Source of the DNA: Octopus vulgaris
Taxonomy: Eukaryota
Direction: 5' to 3'
Length of the DNA: 64,000 bases
Assembly: GCA_951406725.2 (NCBI GenBank)
Contig: OX597823.1
Span: 75,950,001 to 76,014,000 of the forward strand
The notes beneath the pieces are model-generated. The model was given only the letters and a program-made list of their open reading frames with translations. It was not told the DNA's origin and searched no databases. The stretch's first letter is position 1; every line of letters begins with the position of its first letter. A program made the translations under genes and the position numbers. Shown here piece after piece: positions 44,625 through 55,965 of the stretch.

Positions 44625-45109
44625 CATGTATCTATAACCTTGTAAACAAAACCGAATGTAGTAAATTACGGAGAAGAACGACGCGCATAGTTCCTTATTA
44701 ATAATAATTCTATTTATATATGATTTATATAATATTATGTGCTCCATTTAAAGCGACTATGTTATCGATGTAGAAAACACAAGATAGATTTAGCACGAAT
44801 CTTTTTTCAGCACGCTGAGCTATCATCTAACTGCGTAGAACAGTTTGAAATTTAAATGGATCAACTTGCACATGGTGTCAGTGTATTCTTGTCTACAAGA
44901 TTGAATGTTATCTGAAATATATTTGAAACAACCTTTAAGAATTTCAATCCCCAAAAGAATTATATTCTCTTTGCCACAAGCTTAAACCAGAAGATTAAAG
45001 CATGACAATGAGAGAAGCTCAGTTTGGGCAATCGATAAGTAGCAACCTGTGAGAGACGTTTTATATTGTATCTCTGTAATATTGTATAAGTAATTATATT
45101 TATCATAGA

Positions 45110-45500
45110 CTGGCAGTATCGCCCGGAGTTGCTCGGGTTTGTTTTGGCCCTTTAGAATTGGAATTTTTGAAAAGTAAAACTTTTGCATTATGTAGCTTGT
45201 TATTCTCTTTACGTGAACATTTTTCTGGTTGATATACACCGAAAAATGGCGACATAGCAGTCACAAAATCGTAAAAAAAAAGATTTTCTTAGAAAAAAAA
45301 GCACCTTTTGGATGTAAATAATTTTTGGTGTGAACATGGTCCTTTTTGAATTTTTTCTTCTACGGAAAGAAGAGCAAGCCTTATTCTATCATATTCTCAA
45401 ATTTGGTCAACTTGCATCGCAAGGTCTCAGGGAGATAGTGTAAGTTGAAGGCTACCAAACCTGCCATACACAGACAACTTCAGCTTTATATATAAATAGA
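45110..45500 (-). mobile_element. Short non-autonomous Helitron
   Basis: Same terminal architecture as 13550-14713: a hairpin (plus strand CCCGGAGTTGCTCGGG) near a CTAG-like end (CTGG), and CAGACAACTTCAGCTTTATATATAAATAGA at the other end. Confidence 0.7.
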
Positions 45501-46082
45501 TATATATATATTAGTCAACAAAGTGACATATAAATCTTTAGAACGAGGAATATATTTCAAAGTGTGTAGGGCTAAATGAAGTCAGTGAAATTCAGATTGT
45601 CTCAAACGTCTCCATTAATGATGTTGTCTGGTAGATATTTGAATTATCAGCCCTACCCAACATTGATCAGTTGACAGGATTCATCAAGTCAGCGGCTTGT
45701 TTGTTAGCACATGCGCACACGAGACTACATTAGTTACTTTTGCCACATCTACCGTATCGGTGAATTCGTTTGATCACTCTTGTATGAGGAGGCCTCAACC
45801 TCTTGCATATGGACCAATACAATTAATAAAATCTATGGTATCCTTATCAAGCAAAGCATCCGCAAAAGGCATAGGAAGTAATGTAATTTAGTGTATTTAT
45901 AATTCGTTCTCCAGCAATTGACGTTTGCATGCATGCGTAAATTAACTCGTTTCAGCAACTATCGATTTCATTTTAGAGAGATAGACACAGATAGACTGAG
46001 TGACTGATAAACAAATTGACATAAATAGGGGTGCAGACGGAGATAGAGACGATTAGATAGATAAATGATAGACAGACAGAAA

Positions 46083-46280
<198 letters not shown>

Positions 46281-46351
46281 TGTTTCTTTATTAGCCACAC
46301 AGGGCTGCACACAGATAGAACAAATTACAAGGTAGAGCTTTTCTTTTGAAT

Positions 46352-46388
<37 letters not shown>

Positions 46389-46468
46389 GGGGGAGTTTCG
46401 ATCAAAAGGGATCGTAAAAGGAGAGAAGGAGGACAAAAAAAGGGGGTTAAAAAAAGGGGGAGAGGAAG

Positions 46469-46500
<32 letters not shown>

Positions 46501-46624
46501 CAATAGGGATCGTTATCACAGAAATGTCAATATGAAGTGTAAAGGGGAGGACAGGTGAGGTTTACCCGTGGAAAGAAAAGCCTACGGAAAAGACCACGGT
46601 AACCTCGGTCAATGAAGTCACATT

Positions 46625-46660
<36 letters not shown>

Positions 46661-47049
46661 AAATAAGCAACTCTCTGTTTTCGATTTCTGGGTTCATAGG
46701 ACTATGCTCAAGGTGGCTTCGTCATTCATACGTGCCATTCTTGCTACATTCACCCATCTTTTTTTAAAACATTCGCTAGACAAAACTTGCCTCTCTACTC
46801 TCACTTTCCTTTTCAAGTGGTACTTGAAGAAGTTGATGAGAGATTGACCAGAGAGGAAAGTGTTTGTCTCCAATCCTTTCAGACGCGTCCACCAGATACA
46901 TTCTTTCGCCATAGCCACAAGGATGATGAAAATAGCTCTTCCTTCCCGTTTGAAGGAAGGAGGCGTGACAATATTGACGATAGACTCAGCTGATAAACCG
47001 ACTCGTCCCACACGTGACAGCAGTTGTTCGACATAAGCCCACAGGTCGG

Positions 47050-47050
<1 letters not shown>
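46281..47050 (-). mobile_element. Tx1/L1-clade LINE 3' fragment inserted in (GATA)n
   Basis: LWAYVEQLL...VAMAKECIWWTR...ERQVL...FKKRW (Tx1 ORF2 C-terminus). U-rich 3' UTR ending AATAAAGAAACA. (GATA)n on both sides. Confidence 0.75.
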
Positions 47051-47089
<39 letters not shown>

Positions 47090-47792
47090 GAGATTAATAT
47101 CCTCAACAGTTATGTTATTTAACAAATTTCATTGTGACTATTTATTTCGTGCGCTTGCATGTATATTTGTTCCATAAAATCCAAACAAAAAACTGAAGAT
47201 AATGTCTTACTGCAATTTCTGGAATTTTCTTCTTTTATTAAGGTTCTTCATTTAGTTTGAAATATTTCGTTCAGTTTCAAGCTTTGATTTTTTAAACTTT
47301 TTTTTTTATTCAGTCCTTTGCATATTTAGTGAATTTTGATAGTCCACATAAAAGGGAATTAATAATAAAAATATTTGCGAAGAAAATTCTGGAAAAGCTT
47401 TGTTCGGCAAAATGTGCTTTGCTGAAAATGCATTCATAGCATATATATATATATATACATATATCTACACGCATACACACACACCCACAAATATATGTGC
47501 ATATCTGGATTGTTGGTGATTTTTTACTTCGTCTTCCTTTTTCTTGGACTTCCCTCTCTCTGCTGTTTCTGAAGAAGAACTTTGCGCGAATCTTAAAACA
47601 CACTGTCTTTTAATTCTTTACATGTACCACGTACTCGCGTTGTTATATCTTTCTTGTGAATTTTCTTCGTTTGTTTGTATTAATTATATATGTATGCGCT
47701 CTGTGTTTGCATGTGTATGTGTTTCTATGCGTATGCATAAATAAATATACATACACTCTCACGCACGTGTATATAATACATACATACATACA

Positions 47793-47870
<78 letters not shown>

Positions 47871-48133
47871 TATAGATAAATGTATGTGTGTGTATATATA
47901 AATATATATATGTGTGTGTATACATATACCGCTTTGAAGTGTTGTCGAATAAGTCGACCTCAGAACTTACCTCTTATGTCTTAGTACTTATTGCATCAGT
48001 GACTTTGGCGAACCGCTAAGTTAGATGCGTTAACATTGCAGCGCCGACTGTCAAGCGATGATGTTGAGAGTATAATAGACACAAAAATACACACACACAC
48101 GCATAAACACAGTCACATGCACACACATCTATG

Positions 48134-48185
<52 letters not shown>

Positions 48186-48466
48186 CAACAATTGAGGGTA
48201 AAATTAATTAATTAATCAATTTTACCAAGTATTCAGTATACAAAGGGACCATTTAAGGCGAATTCAAATTATTACATTATATAAAAGGGCTTAGTAAAAT
48301 AAATTACTTTGCCGCATACTGAACTCATTAGAAATAGCAGCTAAAAACACTTTTTCAAAAACTATTTCCAATACTTAAAGAAAACCTCTCTCATATAGTG
48401 TTTGCTCAACTCAACTCACAAAAGTATGGGGGTAGAGACATTAAAAAATCAAATGCAAAGGTTATT

Positions 48467-48519
48467 TGAGAACGTACGTTTCAAGATTAGTCAAAATCGA
48501 CACTTCTATCATCAGCTCA
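48467..48519 (-). ncRNA. Type I minimal hammerhead ribozyme (copy 1)
   Basis: Minus strand reads UGAG-CUGAUGA-[uagaagugucgauuuugacuaaucuu]-GAAAC-GUAC-GUU/CUCA. Stem I is UGAG:CUCA, the core is intact, and stem III is the palindrome AACGUACGUU. Confidence 0.82.
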
Positions 48520-49025
48520 GAACTCCCTGGTTTGGATTTGAAAACACTGAAAGTGGGAGCATACCCTTTCGGCTTGTTATCACCTCTGAAGATCTGCTCA
48601 AAACTAACAGTGCCAGCAAATTCAAATATGCAAGCGAAGAATTTCTGCTCTTCCCTTTCCACCAGCGTGGGTTAAAATCAGCAAACACTATGCTTTTTTC
48701 GGTAAAATCCGAGGCATTATATAGAGAGAGATGAATTATAATTTCAACAATTGAGGGTAAAATTAATTAATTAATCAATTTTACCAAGTATTCAGTATAC
48801 AAAGGGACCATTTAAGGCGAATTCAAATTATTACATTATATAAAAGGGCTTAGTAAAATAAATTACTTTGCCGCATGCTGAACTCATTAGAAATAGCAGC
48901 TAAAAAAACTTTTTCAAAAACTATTTCCAATACTTAAAGAAAACCTCTCTCATATAGTGTTTGCTCAACTCAACTCACAAAAGTATGGGGGTAGAGACAT
49001 TAAAAAATCAAATGCAAAGGTTATT

Positions 49026-49078
49026 TGAGAACGTACGTTTCAAGATTAGTCAAAATCGACACTTCTATCATCAGCTCA
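49026..49078 (-). ncRNA. Type I minimal hammerhead ribozyme (copy 2)
   Basis: Identical to 48467-48519, offset by 559 nt. Confidence 0.82.
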
Positions 49079-49641
49079 GAACTCCCTGGTTTGGATTTGA
49101 AAACACTGAAAGTGGGAGCATACCCTTTCGGCTTGTTATCACCTCTGAAGATCTGCTCAAAACTAACAGTGCCAGCAAATTCAAATATGCAAGCGAAGAA
49201 TTTCTGCTCTCCCCTTTCCACCAGCGTGGGTTAAAATCAGCAAACACTATGCTTTTTTCGGTAAAATCCGAGGCATTATATAGAGAGAGATGAATTATAA
49301 TTTCAACAATTGAGGGTAAAATTAATTAATTAATCAATTTTACCAAGTATTCAGTATACAAAGGGACCATTTAAGGCGAATTCAAATTATTACATTATAT
49401 AAAAGGGCTTAGTAAAATAAATTACTTTGCCGCATGCTGAACTCATTAGAAATAGCAGCTAAAAAAACTTTTTCAAAAACTATTTCCAATACTTAAAGAA
49501 AACCTCTCTCATATAGTGTTTGCTCAACTCAACTCACAAAAGTATGCCTCGGATTTTACCGAAAAAAGCATAGTGTTTGCTGATTTTAACCCACGCTGGT
49601 GGAAAGGGGAGAGCAAAGTAATTTATTTTACTAAGCCCTTT

Positions 49642-49678
<37 letters not shown>

Positions 49679-50686
49679 TACACAAACATACATACGTGGC
49701 TCTGTGGCACGGATTTTCTTTCAGAACCATATGGTTCCGGGTTCAGTCCTACTGCGTTACATCTTGGGCAGATGGCTTCTAGATGACAGCCTCGGGTCGA
49801 CCAAAGTCTTGTGAGTGATTTGGTAGAAAGAAACTCAAAAAGGTTCGCCGTACTCACACACGCACACAAACACACACACACACTCACATATGTCTCTGTG
49901 TGTCTTTGTATCTATGTTCCTCCCCACATCATCGCTTGACAACCGCTGTCACTGCATTACTCTCCCACGCACCATGACTTAAACTTTTTCAGCTCGTTCT
50001 CTTTTCGACTTGAACTGTCCAAACTCCTTCTCCCCATGGACATCACCGCCCACTTCAAAACTACAGGCTATTGTATCACTCATTTATCAGTGTGCAACAT
50101 TCCTGCTGCACGCTATGGATCCACATTTTCAAGGAAACTGATGGATCAAGGTTTCACATTTGAACTCGGCACCATTTCAACGACATGTTTCCTTCCACTT
50201 TCTACCCTACCCCAGTTAATTCATTAGACCCTTTCCTATGATTTAACTCTCCCCCTACCTTATCTTTAGCCTTCATTTCACTTTCTGCTGTGCTTGCTTC
50301 TCCTTCTACCATTACTTCATTTTTACATTTTTTTTCTGCTGCTACTATCACTTTGTGTTCACGTATGTAACTCACGTGTTCCTGTTTTACTTATACGTTG
50401 CACTATTTAAAAAAAAAAAACTTTGATTATGCAAAACTATGGTGTCTCTCATTAATTTCTCTTCTTTTAAATTTCTCCCTGAAGAAGGACGCGTCCGACG
50501 TGTTGGATTTTCAACAGTTCACAGAATGTGTACTCTAAACTTTTTATCGATTTCACTACATAATATATCAAATGCATCATACTGATGCAGAACACCACCA
50601 GTCTCACTGGAGACTGTTTCATCAATATTATCAAAAAAAAAAAAAATATATATATAGATATATATATATATATATATATAACTATA

Positions 50687-50738
<52 letters not shown>

Positions 50739-50745
50739 ATTTGTC

Positions 50746-50857
50746 TTGAATGAAACAGTTCTAGTCCTGTAGAAGCTCTAATAAATTATTTTTACTCTGC
50801 TATGTATTGAGTACCTTATTTACTGTGGTTAACCCCGAATCAACCCGGGACCTACAC

Positions 50858-50916
<59 letters not shown>

Positions 50917-51016
50917 TACATATATATATATATATACATACATATATATATATACATACATATATGTATATATATATATGTATATATATATATGTATGTA
51001 TATATATATATATGTA

Positions 51017-51069
<53 letters not shown>

Positions 51070-51193
51070 GTATATATATATGTGTAGGTCCCGGGTTGAT
51101 TCGGGGTTAACCACAGTAAATAAGGTACTCAATACATAGCAGAGTAAAAATAATTTATTAGAGCTTCTACAGGACTAGAACTGTTTCATTCAA
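50746..51193. repeat. ~450-bp fold-back palindrome centred on interrupted (TA)n
   Basis: 50746-50858 is the exact reverse complement of about 51081-51193. The interruptions in the central TA tract are also roughly mirrored. Confidence 0.93.
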
Positions 51194-52335
51194 TGGGAAC
51201 GCGAATGGGCCCCAACTATGCGAACCTGTTCGTTGGCTATGTTGAGGCCCAAATATTCTCTAATTTCACTGGTCCCACTCCTGAACTATATGGTCGTTAT
51301 ATTGACGACATTATCGGTGCCACCTCACTCTCCCGTGAACATCTAGATTCCTTCCTCTCTTTCGTCCAATCTTTCCATCCAGCCCTCCACTTCACTTCCA
51401 CTATCTCCAACACCTCTGTCTCCTTCCTCGACATTTCGGTTAGCATTCTTCACTCCACTCTTACCACCTCCATTCACTACAAACACACAGACTCACACTC
51501 ATACCTCAACTTCTCTTCCTCCCACCCAGAACACACCAAGCTTTCCATCCCTTATTCCCAATTCCTCCGTCTACGTAGGCTCTGTAGTGACGACCATGAC
51601 TTTGAGACTCAGTCTCAACGTATGGCTCACCACTTCACCCTACGTGGATACCCCCTCACCACTATCCACACCGCCCTTGCCAGAGCACGGTCCGTGGACC
51701 GTGTATCTGCTCTCTCTCCCCGAACCCGCCCTGTAGTCTCCCGCCTCCCTTTTCCCCTCACTTACCACCCCACGACCCTACGTCTCCAACGCACCATTCT
51801 TCGAGCTTTCCGTCATCTCCAGTCCGACCCGTCCACTTCACACCTCTTCCCTAACCGACCCCTCCCCTCTTTCCAACGAGCCCACAACCTTCGAGACCTT
51901 TTGGTCCATAGCTCCTTCCCTGACCCTACCTCCCAACCCGGCTCGTTCCCCTGCTCCCGCCCACGTTGCCGCACTTGCCCTTACCTCTCCAACACCACCC
52001 GCCTCACTAGCACCCACCATCGACCCTATCCCATCATCCACTCCTTCACCTGCACCTCCAGCAATATTATCTATTGCATCTCTTGCTCTCTCTGCAATTC
52101 CTTGTACATCGGACAAACGGGACGCCGCTTGGCTGACCGGTTCGCGGAACACCTTCGTGACATCCACCTTGCGAACGACACACCGGTCTCACGCCATTTC
52201 CGCTCCACCGGTCACTCCTTGCAACACCTATCTGTGTTCGGTTTGTCCTTACACAGAGGCCATCCGGATTCCCGTTTGCGCCGTGAACAGGAATTAATCT
52301 TCTCTCTTCGCTCTTATACGCCATTTGGTCTCAAC
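51193..52335 (+). CDS. 5'-truncated Penelope-like element ORF (Neptune-type): C-terminal half of RT, Cys linker, GIY-YIG endonuclease
   Basis: MGTRMGPNYANLF (RT GxxMG motif), GRYIDD catalytic motif (YIDD at 51298-51309), FLDISV, linker CSRPRCRTCPY, IIYCISCSLCNSLYIGQTGRRLADRFAEH (GIY-YIG), and terminal REQELIFSLRSYTPFGLN. No stops. The frame runs on into a polypyrimidine tract to 52686. Confidence 0.93.
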
Positions 52336-53190
52336 TCTCCCCCCTCCTCATCTAACCCCCCTCTCCCCCTCCTCACCTATCCTTTCTCCCCCCGACCCCT
52401 ACCTCTTCAGTCCTTCATCCTTTCACCCCTACTCCCCTTCCCTTCTTCCCTCTTTCTCCCTCCCTCTTCCCCTTCCCTCTGCTCCCTCACTCCCCTCTCT
52501 CCCCCTCTCCCTCTTTCCTCCTTCATCCCCCTCCTCCCCTTCCTTCTCCCCCATCCTCTCCTCTTCCCCCTTCTCCTCCCCCTCTTCTTCCCCTCGCCTT
52601 CTCCCCCCTCCTCTCCCCCTCCCCCTCTTCTCCTCACTACACCACATGACTTTACACATCACATCATATATGATGTGCCATACTAATACACACACCAACT
52701 AATACATACTAATACGTACTAATACATACCAGTACATACTAATACTTACACCAACCCTATACATACACACGTCCAGACCCCGCATACGCACTTATACTCT
52801 CTCACACACACACACACACACCTATACATACCAATACGTACTAATACATACTAATACATACTAATACATACACCAACCCCATACATACGCACGTCCAGAC
52901 CAATCTTACGCACTAATACTCTCTCATACACACACACACACACACACACACACCCTTATACATACTAATACATACACCAACCCTATACATACACACATCC
53001 AGACCCCTCCCACGCACTTTTAGCTGGTCCCTCAACCCTTTTATCAACCCTATTATCTCCCCTTATTTCGCTCTCGCGTCTCATGTTTGATCTTTGACCT
53101 CTGGCCGAAATCAGATCGCCATGTTGATTCGTTAGCTACTGCACGCATTTTTTTTCTCTCCTTCTTTCTGTGTTTTTCTCTCTCTGTGTA

Positions 53191-53228
53191 TCTTTCTGTT
53201 GAAGAGCGTAGGCTCGAAACGTTAAAGA
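53191..53228 (+). ncRNA. Hammerhead-like motif, variant core CUGUUGA
   Basis: UCUUU-CUGUUGA-A-GAGC-guag-GCUC-GAAAC-GUU/AAAGA, located in the PLE 3' tail. Confidence 0.65.
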
Positions 53229-53363
53229 ATTGTTTTATTTATATTTCCTGAGCGCCATACTAATACAATTGTTCGTTTGTTTTCCACCTGCCTTCGTCTT
53301 TTGTTTATTTTCATAAAGCTTCCCGTTATATATACATATATGTATATATATATACTTATATAT

Positions 53364-53421
<58 letters not shown>

Positions 53422-55633
53422 TTATATAGATACACTTACACATATATATTCATATACATATGAAAGAAAAACGCGTGCACACGCACACATATATAAACAC
53501 ACGCGAAGATGATAGAGTAATAAAAGAACAAAGACGAAGATGAAGCAAATAGAATTTTCCAATAAGTAAAGCATGTTGGAGAAATATTTTTGAGAATGCT
53601 CAACCACAATTCCTCGATATTTTGTGTCAAAATAAACTAGATTATTAAAACAAAAGATATGAGAAAGGGAGAAAGAGGGAGTGAAAAAGGGAGAAGGAAA
53701 GAGAGGAATGGAAGGAGTGATGTATAAGTGAAAGTTGCTATAAACTTCAAACCGAATAAACAATGTTATATTGATATTTGTCAGAATTCTCTTGGAGTAA
53801 AATGGAAAGAAAAAAATCGTATTCTAATGAGGTATGACCAATTGATAGAAGATAAGTGAAATTCCTCCAAGTGATGTGAGGTAAAGATACTCTTCATATC
53901 CTCTGTAGGCCTTTGGCTAACTTCTCGTTATTCATTTCTAATTTTCTTGTTGACTTTTCTCGTTGTTTTACGTTATCAATAGCACAAAACTATTGAAAAC
54001 AAAGAAAAATTGCGTAGGAAACCCCAAACGCGCGTTTGCTATTGAATGTATGGCTGCTATGATGAGTATGAAAACTTAAGTCTTATTATCATTCCTTACA
54101 TTTGCTAAATCAATGGCAAACGAAGAAAAAGAAACGGTGTAAACTAAGATATTTTGAAGAAGTCCTATACAAATTCACAAGATAATTTCCTTTTTCTTCT
54201 CTTATTCTTTTCCAATTTTGTTTTCTGCTTGTCAGTTTTTTTTTTATTCATTTATGAATTACATATAAGAACCAATTGAATGAAAGAACAAAACGAAGTG
54301 TATCTAAGCTATAACCAGCAGCAATATCTTTCACTACTCACTTCCTCTTCTTTTCATGGTTGTAAACACACTAGAAAAATATCTCTTGGGTATTGAAGCA
54401 AACAGATAAATGATCAGACAAATTTAGGCTAATAAATTAAGTTATTTTCTTTGATTTTCAGAAGTCAATGCGTTAGGGATTCCATAATAAGCATTGATGT
54501 TTAGCACTCGTTTGTAAGACAGGAGAAAGTGCTAGGAATTTTCTCAAGATTCGCAAAAGATCAATGAAATTAAGAATCATACAGAAACAAAAGATAAATA
54601 TATAGAAACGTATAATTGTTGCTAAAATGTCATATGACTCTGTATTCGTAGGTAAATACCTATCGGCTTATACTTTATTAATGTGGATATATGTGTGCTG
54701 GTATATATATATATATACATTTGTATAGTTGTTTTTTTCTTTTTTTCCTCCTTTTTATATCGATATGCTGTAACTATGTTTATCGTGTTGTTATTATAGC
54801 AATCAGGTTTTGAAATCTAGAATGACATGATATTATTACATCCTAACTAGAGCACTCGATGCATTTTATTTTTTAAGCAATTTTGCACAGTTATTTCTTG
54901 AAATGACAAAACTACCTCCTCCGCCATATTGCAGTATCGGTCATTGATTATGCCTTGTATATGTTGTGCTAAACGTGTTATAGCAACTATTGTGTTTCGT
55001 ATGAGTTGCTTGCGTTATAAGGGAAGATATTGATTTTGTAAGTTTATGTGATATATTCTCTTATTAGTTGATAATCCTGTAGACTATGTGTCATGTAAAA
55101 ATATGTTACTTTGCAGAACAGTCATTCTACAGGATATATATATGTATGGAAAGCATGTACTATTTGAATTGTGCCAACGAACAAAAGGTGCTTTGCGTGG
55201 GATATAGCATCTGCTTAGCGGAGCTAAAATATGAATTGCTACCAACGTTGAAAATTCTGCTAAAGTTTTATGTTTTGATCATATATTTCTCCATATTTAG
55301 AGATCGCATTGTTACTTAAATAGTTTTCGTTTGAAAGACACACATTATGATAATATTAATTTCTTGGTCATCGTATTTTGAACCACCCCAAACATCTTGC
55401 AGACAATATTTTGGTTAAAAGAAAAAAAAAAATTTTTGTCAGAGTATGGTGAGTATGTGTCAGTCCATCAGTATTAATATTTGAACTGTTTCGTTATAGC
55501 TGTCGAATTGTTTGTAGATGTCGCTACGAGCGGAGTGGTAAGGAGTAGCAATCGAAAAATATATGGAGAAACAAACATAGCATTCTTCACGCATCAGTCT
55601 GCATATGAAGAATGTTCGCTGATGCCTTTGATG

Positions 55634-55716
<83 letters not shown>
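55634..55716. repeat. (CAT)n microsatellite
   Basis: Direct inspection. Confidence 0.95.
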
Positions 55717-55717
<1 letters not shown>

Positions 55718-55732
55718 ACATCATTATTATTG

Positions 55733-55965
55733 AGCGGCGATCTGGCATAATCGTTAGCACACTGGGCGAAATGCTTAGCGGACATTCGTCAATCGTTAAG
55801 TTCTGATTTCAAATTCCGCCGGTGTTGACATTGTATTTCTTTTATTTTTTGGTGGGGGGGGGTCGATGAAATAAGTACCAGTTGAATACTAGGATCGATG
55901 CAACCAACACATCACCCATCCACCCCACCCCAAAAAATTGTTGCCCCTGTGGGAAAATTTGAAAT
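55733..55965 (+). mobile_element. Family-A SINE (diverged)
   Basis: GCGGCGATCTGGCATAATCGTTAGCAC...GTCGATGAAATAAGTACCAG. Confidence 0.75.

Larger units (their letters stand above)
48181..49546 (-). repeat. 559-bp head-to-tail tandem repeat (about 2.45 copies) carrying one hammerhead per unit; retrozyme-like or tandem pLTR
   Basis: Units start at 48181, 48740 and 49299. I saw only 3 differences between copies 1 and 2. Flanked by (TA)n, with inverted pieces at 49544-49649. Confidence 0.92.
51193..53325 (+). mobile_element. Penelope-like retroelement, 5'-truncated, with 3' pLTR-like tail ending in (TA)n
   Basis: RT/GIY-YIG ORF, then C/T tract, short tandem repeats (CTAATACATA; CCAACCCYATACATAC...CCAGACC x3), hammerhead-like motif at 53191-53228, and CTTCCCGT followed by (TA)n. 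The tail is homologous to 11810-11994. Confidence 0.85.

Noticed and set aside
48402-49293. Duplicated 110-aa and 66-69-aa ORFs in the 559-bp repeat
   Set aside because: No recognisable domain, and the 110-aa ORF has a non-ATG start. Their duplication simply follows from the DNA repeat.
52336-52686. Pro/Leu/Ser-rich C-terminal extension of the 497-aa ORF
   Set aside because: A pyrimidine-only tract cannot contain stops. The conserved protein ends near GLN at 52335.
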